Of a DNA stretch of 64,000 bases, positions 13,087-27,000 are shown one piece after another. Position 1 is the stretch's first letter. Every line of letters begins with the position of its first letter. The DNA comes from Callorhinchus milii (taxonomy: Eukaryota), in assembly GCF_018977255.1 (NCBI RefSeq), contig NW_024705084.1, positions 1 through 64,000 of the forward strand, written 5' to 3'. A program made the position numbers and the translations under genes. The notes beneath the pieces were generated by a model that saw nothing but the letters and a program-made list of their open reading frames with translations, ran no database searches and was not told the DNA's origin.

Positions 13087-14303
13087 TGCCAGCTGTGGGG
13101 GTGGGGGGGCTTCCAATGTACAGTCCCGCGCGGGTGGTGGGTCCGGCTCCGACTCCCGACTCCCCCGCCTTCGCAAACTTGACCTCCCTTCATTCTGACG
13201 CTACCAAAACGACTGACCCCTCCTCTCCCCTCGCGCCGAACTAACTCCACCGCCGCCACCCGCGGCCCCGACACCCAGAGGCGCTGCCGGAACCATCCGC
13301 TGCCAAATTGTGGTCCAAACGAAACATTCCTTAGCCTAAGCTTCGGAGACGCTCGGGGCATTGGGAGGGGGTTCGCGCACCACAGCTTATATATTCCTTG
13401 TTGAAACATTCCCCGTGGGGCGAGAGCGAGAGAGACGCGCGCACTAATTCGGTTTAATCACCCGCCTTTTCGAGGTCTCTTTCCCCCCCCACCCGCCCGC
13501 CCGCCCGCCCGCCATGTTGTAGCCGACCCTTAGCGCCGCTTGCAATCCAGCAAAGCCGCTGCGCGACGTCCCGAGGATTTTTTTTTTTTAAATTTGTTTC
13601 GTCTTTTTTTTCCCCCCCACTCAAAATCCCGCCCCGCACCCACCGCGCGAGTTGTTTGAAATATTCCCGTTTAAACCGCTGCTCCCCCTTTATTTACGCG
13701 CTCTTCCCCGGCCGGACGCAAGAGCAAACGGTATGCGTTCGGGTGGGTGGGGGGGTGGGGGGGTTTGCCGTGGGTGTAAATCCGCGTCGACCCCCGGGCT
13801 TTTCCCCCGCACACGCGCGCGCGTGATCCAAACCAGTGGAAGCATTCCCGAACCATGACGAGGAGGCTTTTGACACCGGCCTTCTTCACGGGTGTAGGTA
13901 GAAACGTGACCAAATCTTATTTAGAGGTGGGGGTGTAGGGGGGGGGGGGGGGGGGTCCCTCCATTTTAGCCACTAAAGACTCGTAGATTCCAGGACGCCA
14001 TCTTGTACCATGTCCTGCGTTAGAACCGGTCCACGTGTGGGGGGAGAGTTTCCCGTTCGCAAACACTTTTGAGAGTGTCGGACGCGCCGTTTAAACAAGG
14101 AAGGCGACGCCATGACAGACCCTCACTCAGACCGCGTCCGGCGGAGAACGAAGTCGTTAAGCGACGTGCGGCGTGACGGACTGCCCGCCTTTACGGACAC
14201 CGGAACGACGCCTCGCGGAGCAGTGATAACGCAGGGAATTAATCAGGTGGGACATTGGAGCCCTCGACAGATACTAATCACGGAAGCAACCGTTAACAAT
14301 CTT

Positions 14304-14309
14304 AATAAA
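14304..14309 (+). terminator. Candidate cofilin polyadenylation signal
   Basis: AATAAA ~1.2 kb after the stop codon. Confidence 0.55.
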
Positions 14310-14772
14310 CTTACGATCGTATTTCCCCCACGTCTCAAGTCGGTGATTTAACGTCCGCGGCGCCGCCTCGATCGCTTCCGCCGCACGGGGCTGTCCCGCC
14401 GTCGCTGAGCCGCTACCAGTCTCCTTACTCCGCACGCGCGCGCCAGGATAAGTCACTACGCCGGGCGGTGCGGTGCGGTACGTTCCTGTGAAGCACTTTT
14501 TTTGAGACATCTCAACGTGATAAGGCGCTGTATGAAATGGAAGGGTTATTCATGTTGTTATTCAAGCGCTACTCTTAAAGTTCCCGCACGTGCTCTGGGC
14601 TCTCCCCACTCCGCCCCCCCCACTCCGCCCACGCTCTCGCCAACCTGCGCCTAATACTCCCCGGAATTAGGTGAGCAGCCGCCTCCCTCCAGGGAGAGAG
14701 AGCGACGTCTTTCGTTCCGACGAGAGAGAGAGAGAGAGAGTCTCGGGACAGCAGCGAAGTGTTTGCTAATTC

Positions 14773-14778
14773 TTTATT
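14773..14778 (-). terminator. Candidate SNX32 polyadenylation signal
   Basis: TTTATT on + (AATAAA on -), ~1.16 kb past the SNX32 stop. Confidence 0.5.
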
Positions 14779-15938
14779 GAAATTCCAGTTGATCGGAGAC
14801 CATTGACCCGAGTCCCAAAACGCGGTGACATTTCGCGCAGAAGAGACACGTGTAGACATGTACAAACACACACACGCGCGCGCGCGCGCGCGGTTAGACA
14901 TGCACACATACACGGGTAGACAGGTGCACGCACGCACACGCGGGTAGACGGGTGCGCGCGCGCGCGTGTAGGCAGAGAGCGTGTTTTGGTTGACGGTTCC
15001 TTCGAGCCTCGCCAGCAATCAACAGTGTAAACTCCGTGTCTAAGGAGAGGGATAACAGCCGTGTGCGTGTAGTTACACGCTAAACACGTGTGAGGTGAGG
15101 GGGGGAGTAACAGGACACACGGATTCCTCCCCCCCCCCCCGCACCCCAAAACATGACTGAACAGACTGAGAGAGAGAGAGGGGAGGGGGGGGCGTTGCTC
15201 TACCTCCGCAAACGCCCACCTCCTCGGGAAGAGGTGACGCAGCTACGCTAGGGTGGTCCAACTGCCGGCCCGCGGGCCGCATCCGGCCCTTTCGCACCGA
15301 CTTCTCAAGTCTCTCTCTCTCTCGCTCGCGGTTGCAACGCAGTCAAAGGTCAGGAGCTGAGCGCGGGGTGGGGGTGGGGGTGGGTGACGTGGGGGTGGGG
15401 GTGGGGGGTGGGTGGAAGGTGCAAAGTACTTCAAAAATGTGCACCTTGGTCGGAGGAACGGGGCGGGGAAGGGGGAAGAATGCAACTCGCCTCTGGGCAA
15501 TCAGACGGCCCATCTCTTCCGATAAGGCCGACGAGGAGAGCTCTTGCTCAAGAGTTCACTACCCTCCCAGCGGCGACGCCCGCCCGCCCGCACGCACACA
15601 CAGACAGACACGCCTCGAGCAGGTCTAATCCTAAAGACGTCACGCGTGTGTGTGGGGGAGGTTGAGGCGGTGGAAAAGCAATTGGTAAAATGGCCGCGTA
15701 GTTTCTTTCCCATCCCACCCGGTTGAGGGAGGCCATTTTGACCTGACCTCGATTCGAGTGCGCGCGGGCGCTCGACGTAACTCAACGTCAAGATGGCTGA
15801 GGGGAGAAGGGTACACCGCAGCCCCACCCAAGCCCACCCCACCCCACCCCACCTCCCTTCCCATCGGGACCGGAGAGAATTATTAATAATAATAATAATA
15901 ATAGTAGTAGTAATAAAAAAAATAAGTACGGAAGGAAG

Positions 15939-18115
15939 TTACTGATCCCCTTTCAGGGAGGTGAGGCAATTTCGTAGCAACAGCAAACTGGCCTGAGGGA
16001 GAGAGAGAGGGAGGGAGGGAGAGAGGGGACAGACACATCGTAAGGTTTCGCCCACCAAACGCACAGTCACTTCACTTCGCGGTTAGAGTGCGCGCGCACA
16101 CATCCACAGAGGTACACACCCGCGCACACACTCACATACTCTCACACTCACTCTCACACACTCACTCTCAGGTACTCTCACACTCACTCACATACTCACA
16201 CACACTCACTCTCACATACTCTCACACACACTCACTCACTCACATACTCTCACACACTCACTCTCACGTACTCTCACATACTCTCACACTCACTCACATA
16301 CTCTCACACACTCACTCTCACGTACTCTCACATACTCTCACATACTCTCACATACTCTCACTCACACACACTCACTCATACTCTCACTCACTCACATACT
16401 CTCACACTCACTCACTCTCACATACTCTCACTCACACACATTCACTCTTACACACTCTCTCACATACTTTCACACTCACTCACTCTCACACTCACTCACT
16501 CTCACACACTCACTCTCACGTACTCTCACATACTCTCACACTCACTCACAAACTCTCACTCACACACACTCACTCTCATACTCTCATTCACTCACTCACA
16601 TACTCTCACACTCACTCACTCTCACATACTCTCACTCACACACATTCACTCTTACACACTCTCTCACATACTTTCACACTCACTCACTCTCACACTCACT
16701 CACTCTCACATACTCTCACACTCACTCACATACTCTCACTCACACACACTCACTCTCATACTCTCACTCACTCACATACTCTCACACTCACTCACTCTCA
16801 CATACTCTCACTCACACACATTCACTCTTACACACTCTCACATACTCTCACACTCACTCACTCTCACACTCACTCACTCTCACACTCACTCACTCTCACA
16901 CTCACTCTCACACTCATACACACTCACTCTCACATACCCTCACACTCACCCACACACCCACCCACACACAGTCAGTCGGAACCCGCTTGTAAGTCGATTG
17001 GGGGAATCACTTTCCGGGGGTAATAAACCCTCTCCCCCCACCCCCCCACCCCCCAAAAAAATAACGACGCGCTCGCTCAATCCGCGGCCCTTTGTGGGAC
17101 GTCAATGCCCACAAAACACACCACACAGTCACTACACTTGACCGGATGTGGCGTGAAGCGCTTTGAGACGTCGCGAGCGCCTGCTAAGGGGACCGTACCT
17201 TGGCGTGTTTCAGTTCCAGCTCCGTCATCTCGATCATATTCTTCCGGAAGGCCGACACTCTCCGGGTTTTGAAGTCCGTCAGTTCTGACCCGGGTGGGGG
17301 GGGTGGGGGGGGGGGAGAGAGAGAGAGGGGGAGAGGGGGGGAAAAAGAGAGGGAAGAGGGGGGAAGGAGAGGGAGAATAAAAAAACAAGAGCAACATTTT
17401 ACTTTCGGCAGCAGTGACAAGAAGATTACGGAGGCCGGTCACGGTGACAGATTTCCGTGTGTGTGTGTCAGACACCCGGTCGGTCACGGTGACGGGTTTC
17501 CATGTGTGTGTGTGCGTGTGTGTCAGACACCCGGCCGGTCACGGTGACGGGTTTCCGTGCGCGTGTGCGTGTGTCAGACGCCCGGCCGGTCACGGTGACG
17601 GGTTCCCGTGCGCGTGTGCGTGTGTCAGATGCCCGGCCGGTCACGGTGACAGGTTCCCGTGGGTGTGTCAGACACCCGGCCGGTCACGGTGACGGGTTCC
17701 CGTGGGTGTGTCAGACACCCGGCCGGTCACGGTGACGGGTTTCCGTGCGCGTGTGTGTGTGTGTGTGTGTCAGACGCCCGACCGGTCACGGTGACGGGTT
17801 CCCGTGGGTGTCAGTCCCCCCCCCGCCCCCTCCCCGCTGCCCCTCACCTTGTTTGGCCGACTCTGACAAACGTTCAAACTTTTGGCAGGTGAGTTGCTGA
17901 TTGGCCTCCGACTGCTTGACGTCCTTACTCTTCATCCTGGCCTTGTCCAAAGCCTTGTTGGCGTTCTCGTAGTCAGACAGCGCACGTGCCCGTCGGTACA
18001 GGAGGTCCTGGGGGAGAGGGGGTGGTGGGGGGCGGGCGGGGGCGGGGGGTGGGGGGAAGGTTACATATCAAGACATTGACTCACTGGGTGCGCTCAGCCT
18101 CTCGCTCTCTCTCTG

Positions 18116-18157
<42 letters not shown>

Positions 18158-18535
18158 CGACAACATTTCTCCAGCAGAGACCTCTGCTGTCCGGAAACTG
18201 GAGAGAGAGAAGATGGGGAGGGATAGAGGAGAGAGAGAGAGGGAGAGAGAAGCGAGAGAGAGAGAGANNNNNNNNNNNNNNNNNNNNNNNNNNNNNNNNN
18301 NNNNNNNNNNNNNNNNNNNNNNNNNNNNNNNNNNNNNNNNNNNNNNNNNNNNNNNNNNNNNNNNNNNNNNNNNNNNNNNNNNNNNNNNNNNNNNNNNNNN
18401 NNNNNNNNNNNNNNAGGATGGGGAAGGATAGAGGAGAGAGAGAGAGGATGGGGAGGGATAGAGGAGAGAGAGAGAGAGGATGGGGAGGGATAGAGGAGAG
18501 AGAGAATGGGGAGGGATAGAGAGAGAGAGAGAAGC

Positions 18536-18566
<31 letters not shown>

Positions 18567-20011
18567 GGGAGGGATAGAGGAGAGAGAGAGAGAGAGAAGC
18601 GAGAGAGAGAGAGAGAGAGAGGATGGGGAGGGATAGAGGAGAGAGAGAGAGAGAAGCGAGAGAGAGAGAGAGAGAGAGAGGATGGGGAGGGATAGAGGAG
18701 AGAGAGAGAGAAGCGAGAGAGAGAGAGAGAGAGAGAGGAGGGAGACTCGAGAACAAGCCCTACCTTTGCTGCCTGCGAATCTCTCATGTAGTAACGCAAC
18801 AAGTCGGAGAGTTTCAAGTCTTCGTCTGAGGCTACTCGCCCTTCCAGCTTCTAAGAGAGAGAGAGAGAGAGGGAGAGGATGAGGATGTCACAGAGAGAGG
18901 GAGAGCGCGAGCGAGAACGTCAGAGAGAGAGCGCGCGAGCGAGAACGTCACAGAGAGAGAGAGCCCGAGCGAGAACGTCACAGAGAGAGCGCGACCGAGA
19001 AAGTCAGAGAGAGAGAGAGAGAGAGAGCACGAACGAGAACGTCACACAGAGAGAGAGAATGAGGACATCACACGGAGAGAGCGAGAACGCGTATGTCACA
19101 GAGAGAGAGAGAGAACAATTTCCCCCCTCCTACCCCAGTTTTCCCCCTCGAAAATCCAAGGGATTTCCCCCTCCCCTCCTCCCTCCCCCCCACCGAGAAG
19201 TCACCAATGGATACTCAAGGTTTACGCCCCGATCCCGGGTTCTCGTGCTTGCGAGGGGGCGAACGTCTGCCCCAAACAGGGCGCGGACGGGGAGCGAGTG
19301 AGGCTTCATGTCTCATCTCTCTCTCTCCGCCCCCAGTATACGAAGGGTTAAACTCCCCCCTCCACACCCCACACCGCCCTCTCCACCCCACACCGACCCC
19401 CCCACCCCACCCCATCCGGTCTGCAGAGCAAAGTTAACCCCCCCACTCTCAGTCCACTGACCCGGAGTTTCTCGAACAGCTCCGCAAGCTTGAGGAAGTT
19501 TCTAGAAGGAAAACAAAAGGGTTGAGACGTCTCGAAGCGCTTCGCGGAATATACCGCAAAGCGTAGCGACTGTGTGTTGCGCACGGCCGCGCGCCACAGA
19601 CGGCCGCGGATTGGGTGACCGAATTATTCCTAGCGTTTTTTTTTTTTTTGCGGAGGGCGGGAGGAGGGCGAGCGAAGGCGAGACAGGGCTTGAAGGAGTA
19701 GAGGGAGGGGGAGGGGGGGGGGGGGCAGGACGGAGGGACTGTGGGATGGGGTTCCAGAGGATGGGGGCGGAGAGGCTGAAGGTTGGAGGGGCCAGGCGTG
19801 GAGGGGAGTGGGGTGGGGATGGGGGGGGAAGGTGGAACAAGCCTGAGCCCGCTGAGCGGAGGGAACAGGTTAGGTTGCCTTGTGCGTTGGGTCAAGGTCT
19901 AAAATGGTGGCCGGAAAGGCAACCTACTTGTTGAGAGGACTGGCCTCCAGCGTGCCCAGGCTACTGAGAGCGGAGGAGATGGGTATGTAATCCTCGGCAA
20001 CATCTGCGGGC

Positions 20012-20045
<34 letters not shown>

Positions 20046-23000
20046 GGGGAGGCGGGGAGAGAGAATAACGGTCAAAATAACGACCCTTGCCTTTGACCCG
20101 GCGCCTCATCGCGTGGGTCAGACGTGTCAAAGCGCGTCACGGGACGCACCGTGAAGTGCGGTGGCGAGTGGCGGCCAATTGCGCCCGGCCACGTCCCCAC
20201 AGGCAAGTCGCCTAAGGTTTCGCCCCGACCCGCCTGGGAATGGAACCCGGGTCCTCTGACCGCTGAGAGCTACAGGACTAAGGTTCCTCCCCACCCGCAC
20301 CCCCCACCCACCCATCACCCCCCACCCACCCATCACCCCCCCCCACCCCCCCCAACGCTGTTTAAACGTACTTTTGTGAGCTCTCGTCATCCTGTCGGTC
20401 TTTAGGGTGGCGTCTCGCACCCGGTTGTGGTATTCCACAAGGAACGTCCTCTCATGCTCAAAGAATTCATCCACTTCCTGCAAGAGAGGAGACTCGTATA
20501 ATGTACACCACCTGCAAACTCACTCACTAAACTCCGTCCCCCACCCCCACCACCATCACCCCAGCCCTCCCCCCCCCTCACCCCCCACCACCATCACCCC
20601 AGCCCTCGCCAGGCTCCACATCGCACCCTAAACTCCATCCCCCCCCTCACCCCCCACCACCATCACCCCAGCCCTCGCCAGGCTCCACATCGCACCCTAA
20701 ACTCAATCCCCCCCCCCATCCCCACCACCATCACCCCAGCCCTCGTCAGGCTCCACTGGCTCCCTGGCGCCCAAGGGATCCATTTCAAGATCCTCTCAAT
20801 CCCTGGCATCACTCCTCCCGCCCCCTCCTTCCTCTCCCGACCTGCTTACTCCCCAGCCGTCTCCAGCCTCCTGCTCGTCCCCAGTGCCCTCCGCTCCACC
20901 ATCGGCGGCCGCACATTCAGCACACCGAGGCCCTGAAACTGTCTCCCTCGATCCCTCCTTTAGATCACGAATCAAGACCTTTACGATTTCCTCCCACCCC
21001 CTCCCCCTCGCCCCCCCCACCACCGGCTTGGCATCAAGCTCCATCACTGTCAAGCGCTCTGGTGCGCAGCGTGACCGACTGGCCAGGTGGGGGTGACCCG
21101 AGTGACTTCCTGTGCTGAGCATTGCCGAGTGGCTTCTCTCACCTTGACCCCAGAGATGCCGGCAATCAGAGCCTCGTCCGCAGACTTCACGATGTTCTTG
21201 AGGAACCCGCCCAGGATTTCCTTCTTGTTCTTCCCTCGGATGCTGAGCTGCAGCCACAAAGACGGGAGGCGTGGGTCACGGGTGTCGAGGAGCCTGGCGA
21301 GGGTTTTGGGCGGCGGCGCAACTTGGGGTGGTCCAACTGGAGGCCCGCGGGCCACATCCGGCCCCCCTCTGGGTGTGTGTGTGCGTTTGTGGAGTAAGGA
21401 AAATTTGCCTTAGGTTTCGCCCTGCCCAGGGATTTAATCCAGGTCCTCTCGTTTGCTTACGAAGCCAACGCTCTCTAACCACTACGCTGCAATGATGGGC
21501 ACTTGGTTCCTGTTCAGAGCTTTTTTTTGCTTAAGCAATAAAACGTGTGAGGTTCGGGCGTGAATTCATGTGGTTGTAAACGACAGTCAGTCGGTCACAC
21601 AGCTGTAAATCCTAACCCACTAACTATTTCCATCTGCACCACACACTCGGGTGTCTTGATTTACGGCAAGTCAGTGCTTGATGTACTGCTGTTACACAGT
21701 GGGTCACACACCTCCTCTGCTGGACGCAACCGCTCAGTGCAAGTAACAACAGACGACATTTACACGGCACGTCATGGATTTGAACCGAGCTGGGGGTTGC
21801 TGTCAGGAGGGGTGGAGGGCAGGGAGTGTGACCGAAGGAGCGGAGGGTCTTGAGATGTGGCTTGAAGGAGGCGAGGGAGGGGGCGAGGCGGAGGGACTGT
21901 GGAATGGAGTTCTAGAGGGTGGGGGGGGGGTAGAGAGGCTGAAGGCCCGACTGCCGATGGTGGGGTGGGCTGGGGAGGGGAGGGAGAGGAAAGGTCGATA
22001 ACGCAGCCACGAGCAGTTAGACGGGGAGAAGGAGAGGGGGGGGGGGAAATGGGGGTTTGGAGCTTACGTCTTGGTCGTACTCCAGGAAGACGTAGAAGTT
22101 GTGGTCTTTCCTCAGCACTGGGTGTGCAGCCAACCTCTGGAGAAACACCTCGTGCATCGCTACCGTCTTCTTAAAGATAGCCAGGTACTCACTGCAGAGG
22201 GGAGAGAGGGTGGGGGGGGGAGAGAGAGGGGGTGGGGATGGGAGAGAGAGAGAGGAAGACACAGAGGCAGAGAGTGAAGGGAGAAAAACAGAGACAGGCA
22301 CATGGGGTGGGTGAAGGGGAGGGGGGAAGGGAGAAGGGGCATGGGGGGGGGAAGAGGGAGGGAGAAGAGGGGGAAAGGGAGAGGGAAGAGAGGAGAAGGG
22401 GCATGAGAGAGAGGGGGAGAGAGACACACGAGAGAGAAGGGGGAAAAAGAAAGATACACCCATGGGGTGGGTGTGTCGGGGGGAGGTAGGGAGGGGGTAA
22501 AACATGAAAGGGAGAAGAAAAAAGTATCTCTCATCATGTCATGCCCTCTGCATTGAAGTCAAGCTCGACCCCCACCCACACCCCCCACCCCCACCCCCCA
22601 CCCCCCTCTACGATCTCCAGACACTCACGCCTCCAGCTCCTGTTTCATCTTGGCGAACTCCTCTCTCGTCATGGAGCCGTCGCCCTCTCCCAGCTTCTGC
22701 AGCTTTTCCCGGGAGGCATCGAAGTCCGGCTTAGGGGGTGCAGGCGGGATCTGGGTGGGGGGCAGAGATAGGCCGGAATCAGGCGCGATATTGACCCCAA
22801 CTCCCCCCCCCCCCCTCCCCTCCCCAACTCCCAACGAGTTCCACACAAAAAAAAAGTGGGGTCGCAAAGAAAGATCTTTATGCGGGTTTTAAAAGGTGGG
22901 GTGGGGGGGGGGGGGAAGGAGCTTCACGTGACCCCTTATCAAACGGGGTGGGGTGGGGGGTGGGGGGGGAAAGAGAGGATACTCACGATAACGCCGGCGT

Positions 23001-24046
23001 ACTCTTCGTTCTCCACGTAGGCGTCGTGGAGCCAGATGAACTCCTCGTGCTGTCTGACCACCGAGAACTCGGCTTGCTTGAAGTAAGCCAGGTTCGTCTG
23101 TAGGTTATTAATAATAATAATAATAATAATAATAAAAATAATAATCCTCGGACGTGATGCGGCGCCTCATGGCGTCTTCGAGACGTCTCAAAGCGCTTCT
23201 CGGGATACACGGCGGAGTCAAGTGACTGTGTATTTTGTGGGCAGCCAATTTAAAGGGATTATTGTTATTATTACTCCCCTTTCCGAATTCAAGATCCTCG
23301 TCCTCACCTACAAGGCCATTCACGGCCTCGCTCCCTCCTACCTCTCCGACCTACTATCCCCCTACCTACCTGCCCGTACCCTCCGTTCCTCTGGCTCCGC
23401 TCTGCTCCACATCCCCCGCCCCAACCGCCCTACCATCGGTGGCCTTCAGCCTCTCAGCCCCGAGGCTCTGGAACTCCATCCCCAGTGCCTTCATTGCCTC
23501 CTCCCTTTCCTCCTTCAAGGCCGGTCTCAAGACCTTTCTCTTTGACCGTACCTTCAGCTCCCCTCTCGACTCTCTACCCCCTCCTCGCTCCCTCCCTTCC
23601 CTCCCCTCACCCTGACCATTTCCCCCCAATGCTCGGGTCCTGACCCAACTGTACAGCGCCTTGGGACGTCCTCCCGACGTGAAAGGCGCTCAATAAATGG
23701 AATCTTGTTGTTGTTTCCCCTTGTCTCCTTCAAGACCCTCCACTTCGACCGCCCTTTGGCTCACCCCCCCTACCCCGACCCTCCCCGGCCTCCACCCCTG
23801 CTGATCTCCTGCGCTACAAGTTAGAAGCCTGGTCTTGTGTCTCACGCACCTTGGTGTGAACCGTGAACTTGACCTTGTCTCTCTCGCTCACCGCGTCTGA
23901 TATCTCCACCTGCAGTGAGGAGTCTGTCTGGAGATCCACCGACATGGTTCTGGACTACAGGAAGGCAGAGAAAAAGAAAGAAAGAGGGAAGCGGATGATT
24001 AAAAATAACTTGCGTCCAGAGAGATGTCCCCCCCCCCAAGATCTGA

Positions 24047-24080
<34 letters not shown>

Positions 24081-27000
24081 AACCCCCCCAACAACTTGCC
24101 CCTCACCCAGAGAGCCTATAGCTGCAGAGAAACTACACGCTCTGGTGGATGGCGGGGGGTGTGGAATCCAGAACAAGGGAGGCATCATCTTAAAGTTAGA
24201 GCCAGGCCATTTCGGAGTGAAGTCGGGAGGCAGTTTTTTTCACCCGAAGGGTTAGTGGAACTCTGAAACTCTCTCCCTCCCCCCAAAAGGCTGTGGATTA
24301 TGGCTGAATCCATTCGCATCCTCAAGACTGAGGTGGACCCGATGCTTGTTAGGTCAGGGTACCAAGGGATGTGGGGCAAGGGCAGGTAATTGGTGTTGAG
24401 CTACAGGTCAGCCATGATCTAGTAAGATGGTGGAACGGGCTCGAGGGGCTGAATGGCCTCCTCCTGTTCCTGACTTCCAGGTTTACTGCTGCAATGAGCC
24501 TTAGCTTGGGGTTAGAGAAGAAGGGGTTAGAAAGAGGAGGATAAATGGTCCACGGAACAGAAGGCTAACCCAGATAGCTGCTCTGCCAAATACACAGCGT
24601 TGTCGATCGCTAATAAATAAGAGAACAAAGGCGGGTTTTGTGCTGCCAAGTCGGGTGGGTGGGTGGGTGGGTGGGGGGGGGGAAAAGGGTCTGATGACAG
24701 CGATTAGCTGACATCCAGTTACACAGACTACATCTTAAGGGCAAGACTTTTACTGCCATCTTTAGCGGAGACAGGAGCCGGCTTTAATTAAAGGTCACGA
24801 TAATAATAATCATTGCGTTTGATACAGAGCCTTATCAAGGTCTTGCTCCCCTCTCCGACCTCCTAACCCCATATCAACCCGTCTGCTCCCTCTGCTCGGC
24901 GGACACCGGCTGCTTCAGGTGCCCCATACTTCCCGCCCCACCATTGCCTGTTGGGCATTCAGCCTCTCTACCCCCCGCACACCCTGGAACTCTATCCCGC
25001 AATCCCTACGCCTCACCTCCTTCGAATCCAAGCTCAAGCCCTCCCTCTCCGACCGTGCCTTCAGCCACCCTCCCACCCTACCCTCCACCCCTCCTGACCC
25101 CAACTCGGGTCCAAAAAAACTTGTTTCTTCGAGACGTCTCGAAGCGCTTCGCAGGACACGCTGTACAGGGCGGTAAACTGTACGGACCAAAGCTAAAACG
25201 CGGCACACTGCCTTCACCGAGTTAGCCGTCGTCCCGTACCGTTAATGCGCTAAGTTGCGCGGGACAAAATAGCACACAGCCGGAGGAGACACGGGAATTC
25301 TATGAGAATTTTATGTATTCTCTCCTCTCCCCTCCTCGCCAACCCCCCACCCCACTCGCTCGACTCCTTCAAGACCCTCCTCTTCGACCGCGCCTTCGGT
25401 CACCTTCCTACCCCCATCCTCCACCCCCCTCCTGATCCCAACCAGCAGCTCAGGTCCAAATCCCTGGCAGTCCAGCGCCTCGGGAAGTCCTCCCGCCGCG
25501 AACGGCGCCAGCGCAACGCGTCGTTGCTGTCTCCCCCCGGACTCCAGTCGCTGACGAACCACCGCTCCCTTTCCGCTGGGATCCGAGGCTCCAGCGTTTA
25601 GGAACGTCGGCAAGAGTTAAACTGAGGCGCTATTGTCAAAACTTACCATTGCATAAAGGGTTGACCTGAATTCTGACAAGCGGGTCAAAATAATCATTTA
25701 GACGGAGGCAAGGACAATGTGAGAGATTCTCTACTTCGGTCTCTCTGCCCCCACCCTCTGGAACGCCATCCCAGAGCCCCTCCGCCTCGCCTCCTTCCAA
25801 GACCCTCCTCTTCGACTGCGCCTTGGTCATCACATGGCCCTCCATTCCTTCCCCCTCCACCCCCCCACCCCCCAATCAACCAGTTAGTAACACGAGGACA
25901 TCAATTTAAGACAAACAGTTAACAAACGGGGAGGTTGGGAGAAATTTTTTCCGTCACGCACAGAACGGTTAGGATTTGGAACGCCCTGCGGTCAAGGCAG
26001 AATCCGTATAATGTTAATAACACTCCTTGCATTTGATTCTGCCCCTTATCGCGCTGTTGAGGCGTCTCAAAGCGCTTCACGGAATAAACTGTAAAGCGTA
26101 GCGACTGTGTGCTCGGTGGGTGAAACGCAGCAACCAATCGAGCACAGCAGTGTCCCACGAACATCGTGGATTGAGTGACCAATTCCGTCTTTTGGGCGGA
26201 GGGATTATTAACCCCAGAAAGCAATCTGCCAATGGACTGACAAGTAAACAGAGACGTGCTGGAGTAAGGAAACTTGCCAAAGGTTTTACTCTGACTCACC
26301 CGAGAATCGAACCTCTCGCTTGCTGGTGAGGTGAGCGCTCGAACCACAATGCTACCGGACTCCACGACAGAGTGAATGAATATGGGCCATTACAGCCGTA
26401 AATTTCTATGCTGCTCAAAGCACTTCACAGGATTTACTGGAAAGTGTAGTATCTGCGTTTTGGGTCAGTTTTCCGATTGATTTAAAATTATCTACGAGCT
26501 TATAGAATGGTGGAACAGGCTTGATGAGCTGAATGGCCTCATCCTGTTCCTAGGTTCTCTCTCTCTCTCTCTCCCTTAGGCAAGCACCTGAACCAGGCAT
26601 TTCCTTGGAAAGAACCACCTGTTTTTTTTGCACGTTGTGCTAATCAAATATATTCCAATCCTCTCATTCGATACAGAAATTCTAGTTCTCTCCAAAAAAA
26701 GCGCTTCACGCGCGTTTGCTGTCAAGTGTAGTGACTGTGCATTGACAACAGAAACTGTCGTAACGACTTTGCTTGAGTTCAAAGCAAGTATAAGAGCCAA
26801 TGACTGTGGGCAAACTGGAGAAGGAGGGATTGTTCTTCTCAGAGGAGAGAAGGTTGAGTGGACATTTAATTGAGGAGTTCAAAATGACGAGAGGTTTTGA
26901 TTCACTAGATAGGGAGAAAGAACCTGTTTCCTCTGGCAGGTGAGTCGGTAACCAGAGGACACAGATTTAAGATAATTGTCAAAAAAAAAAGACAATTTTG

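Noticed and set aside
16088-17023. 311-aa His/Thr/Ser-rich ORF
   Set aside because: Translation of a CACT repeat inside an SNX32 intron.
17435-17812. CRISPR-like palindromic direct repeats
   Set aside because: The apparent spacers are just (GT)n length variants of a minisatellite.
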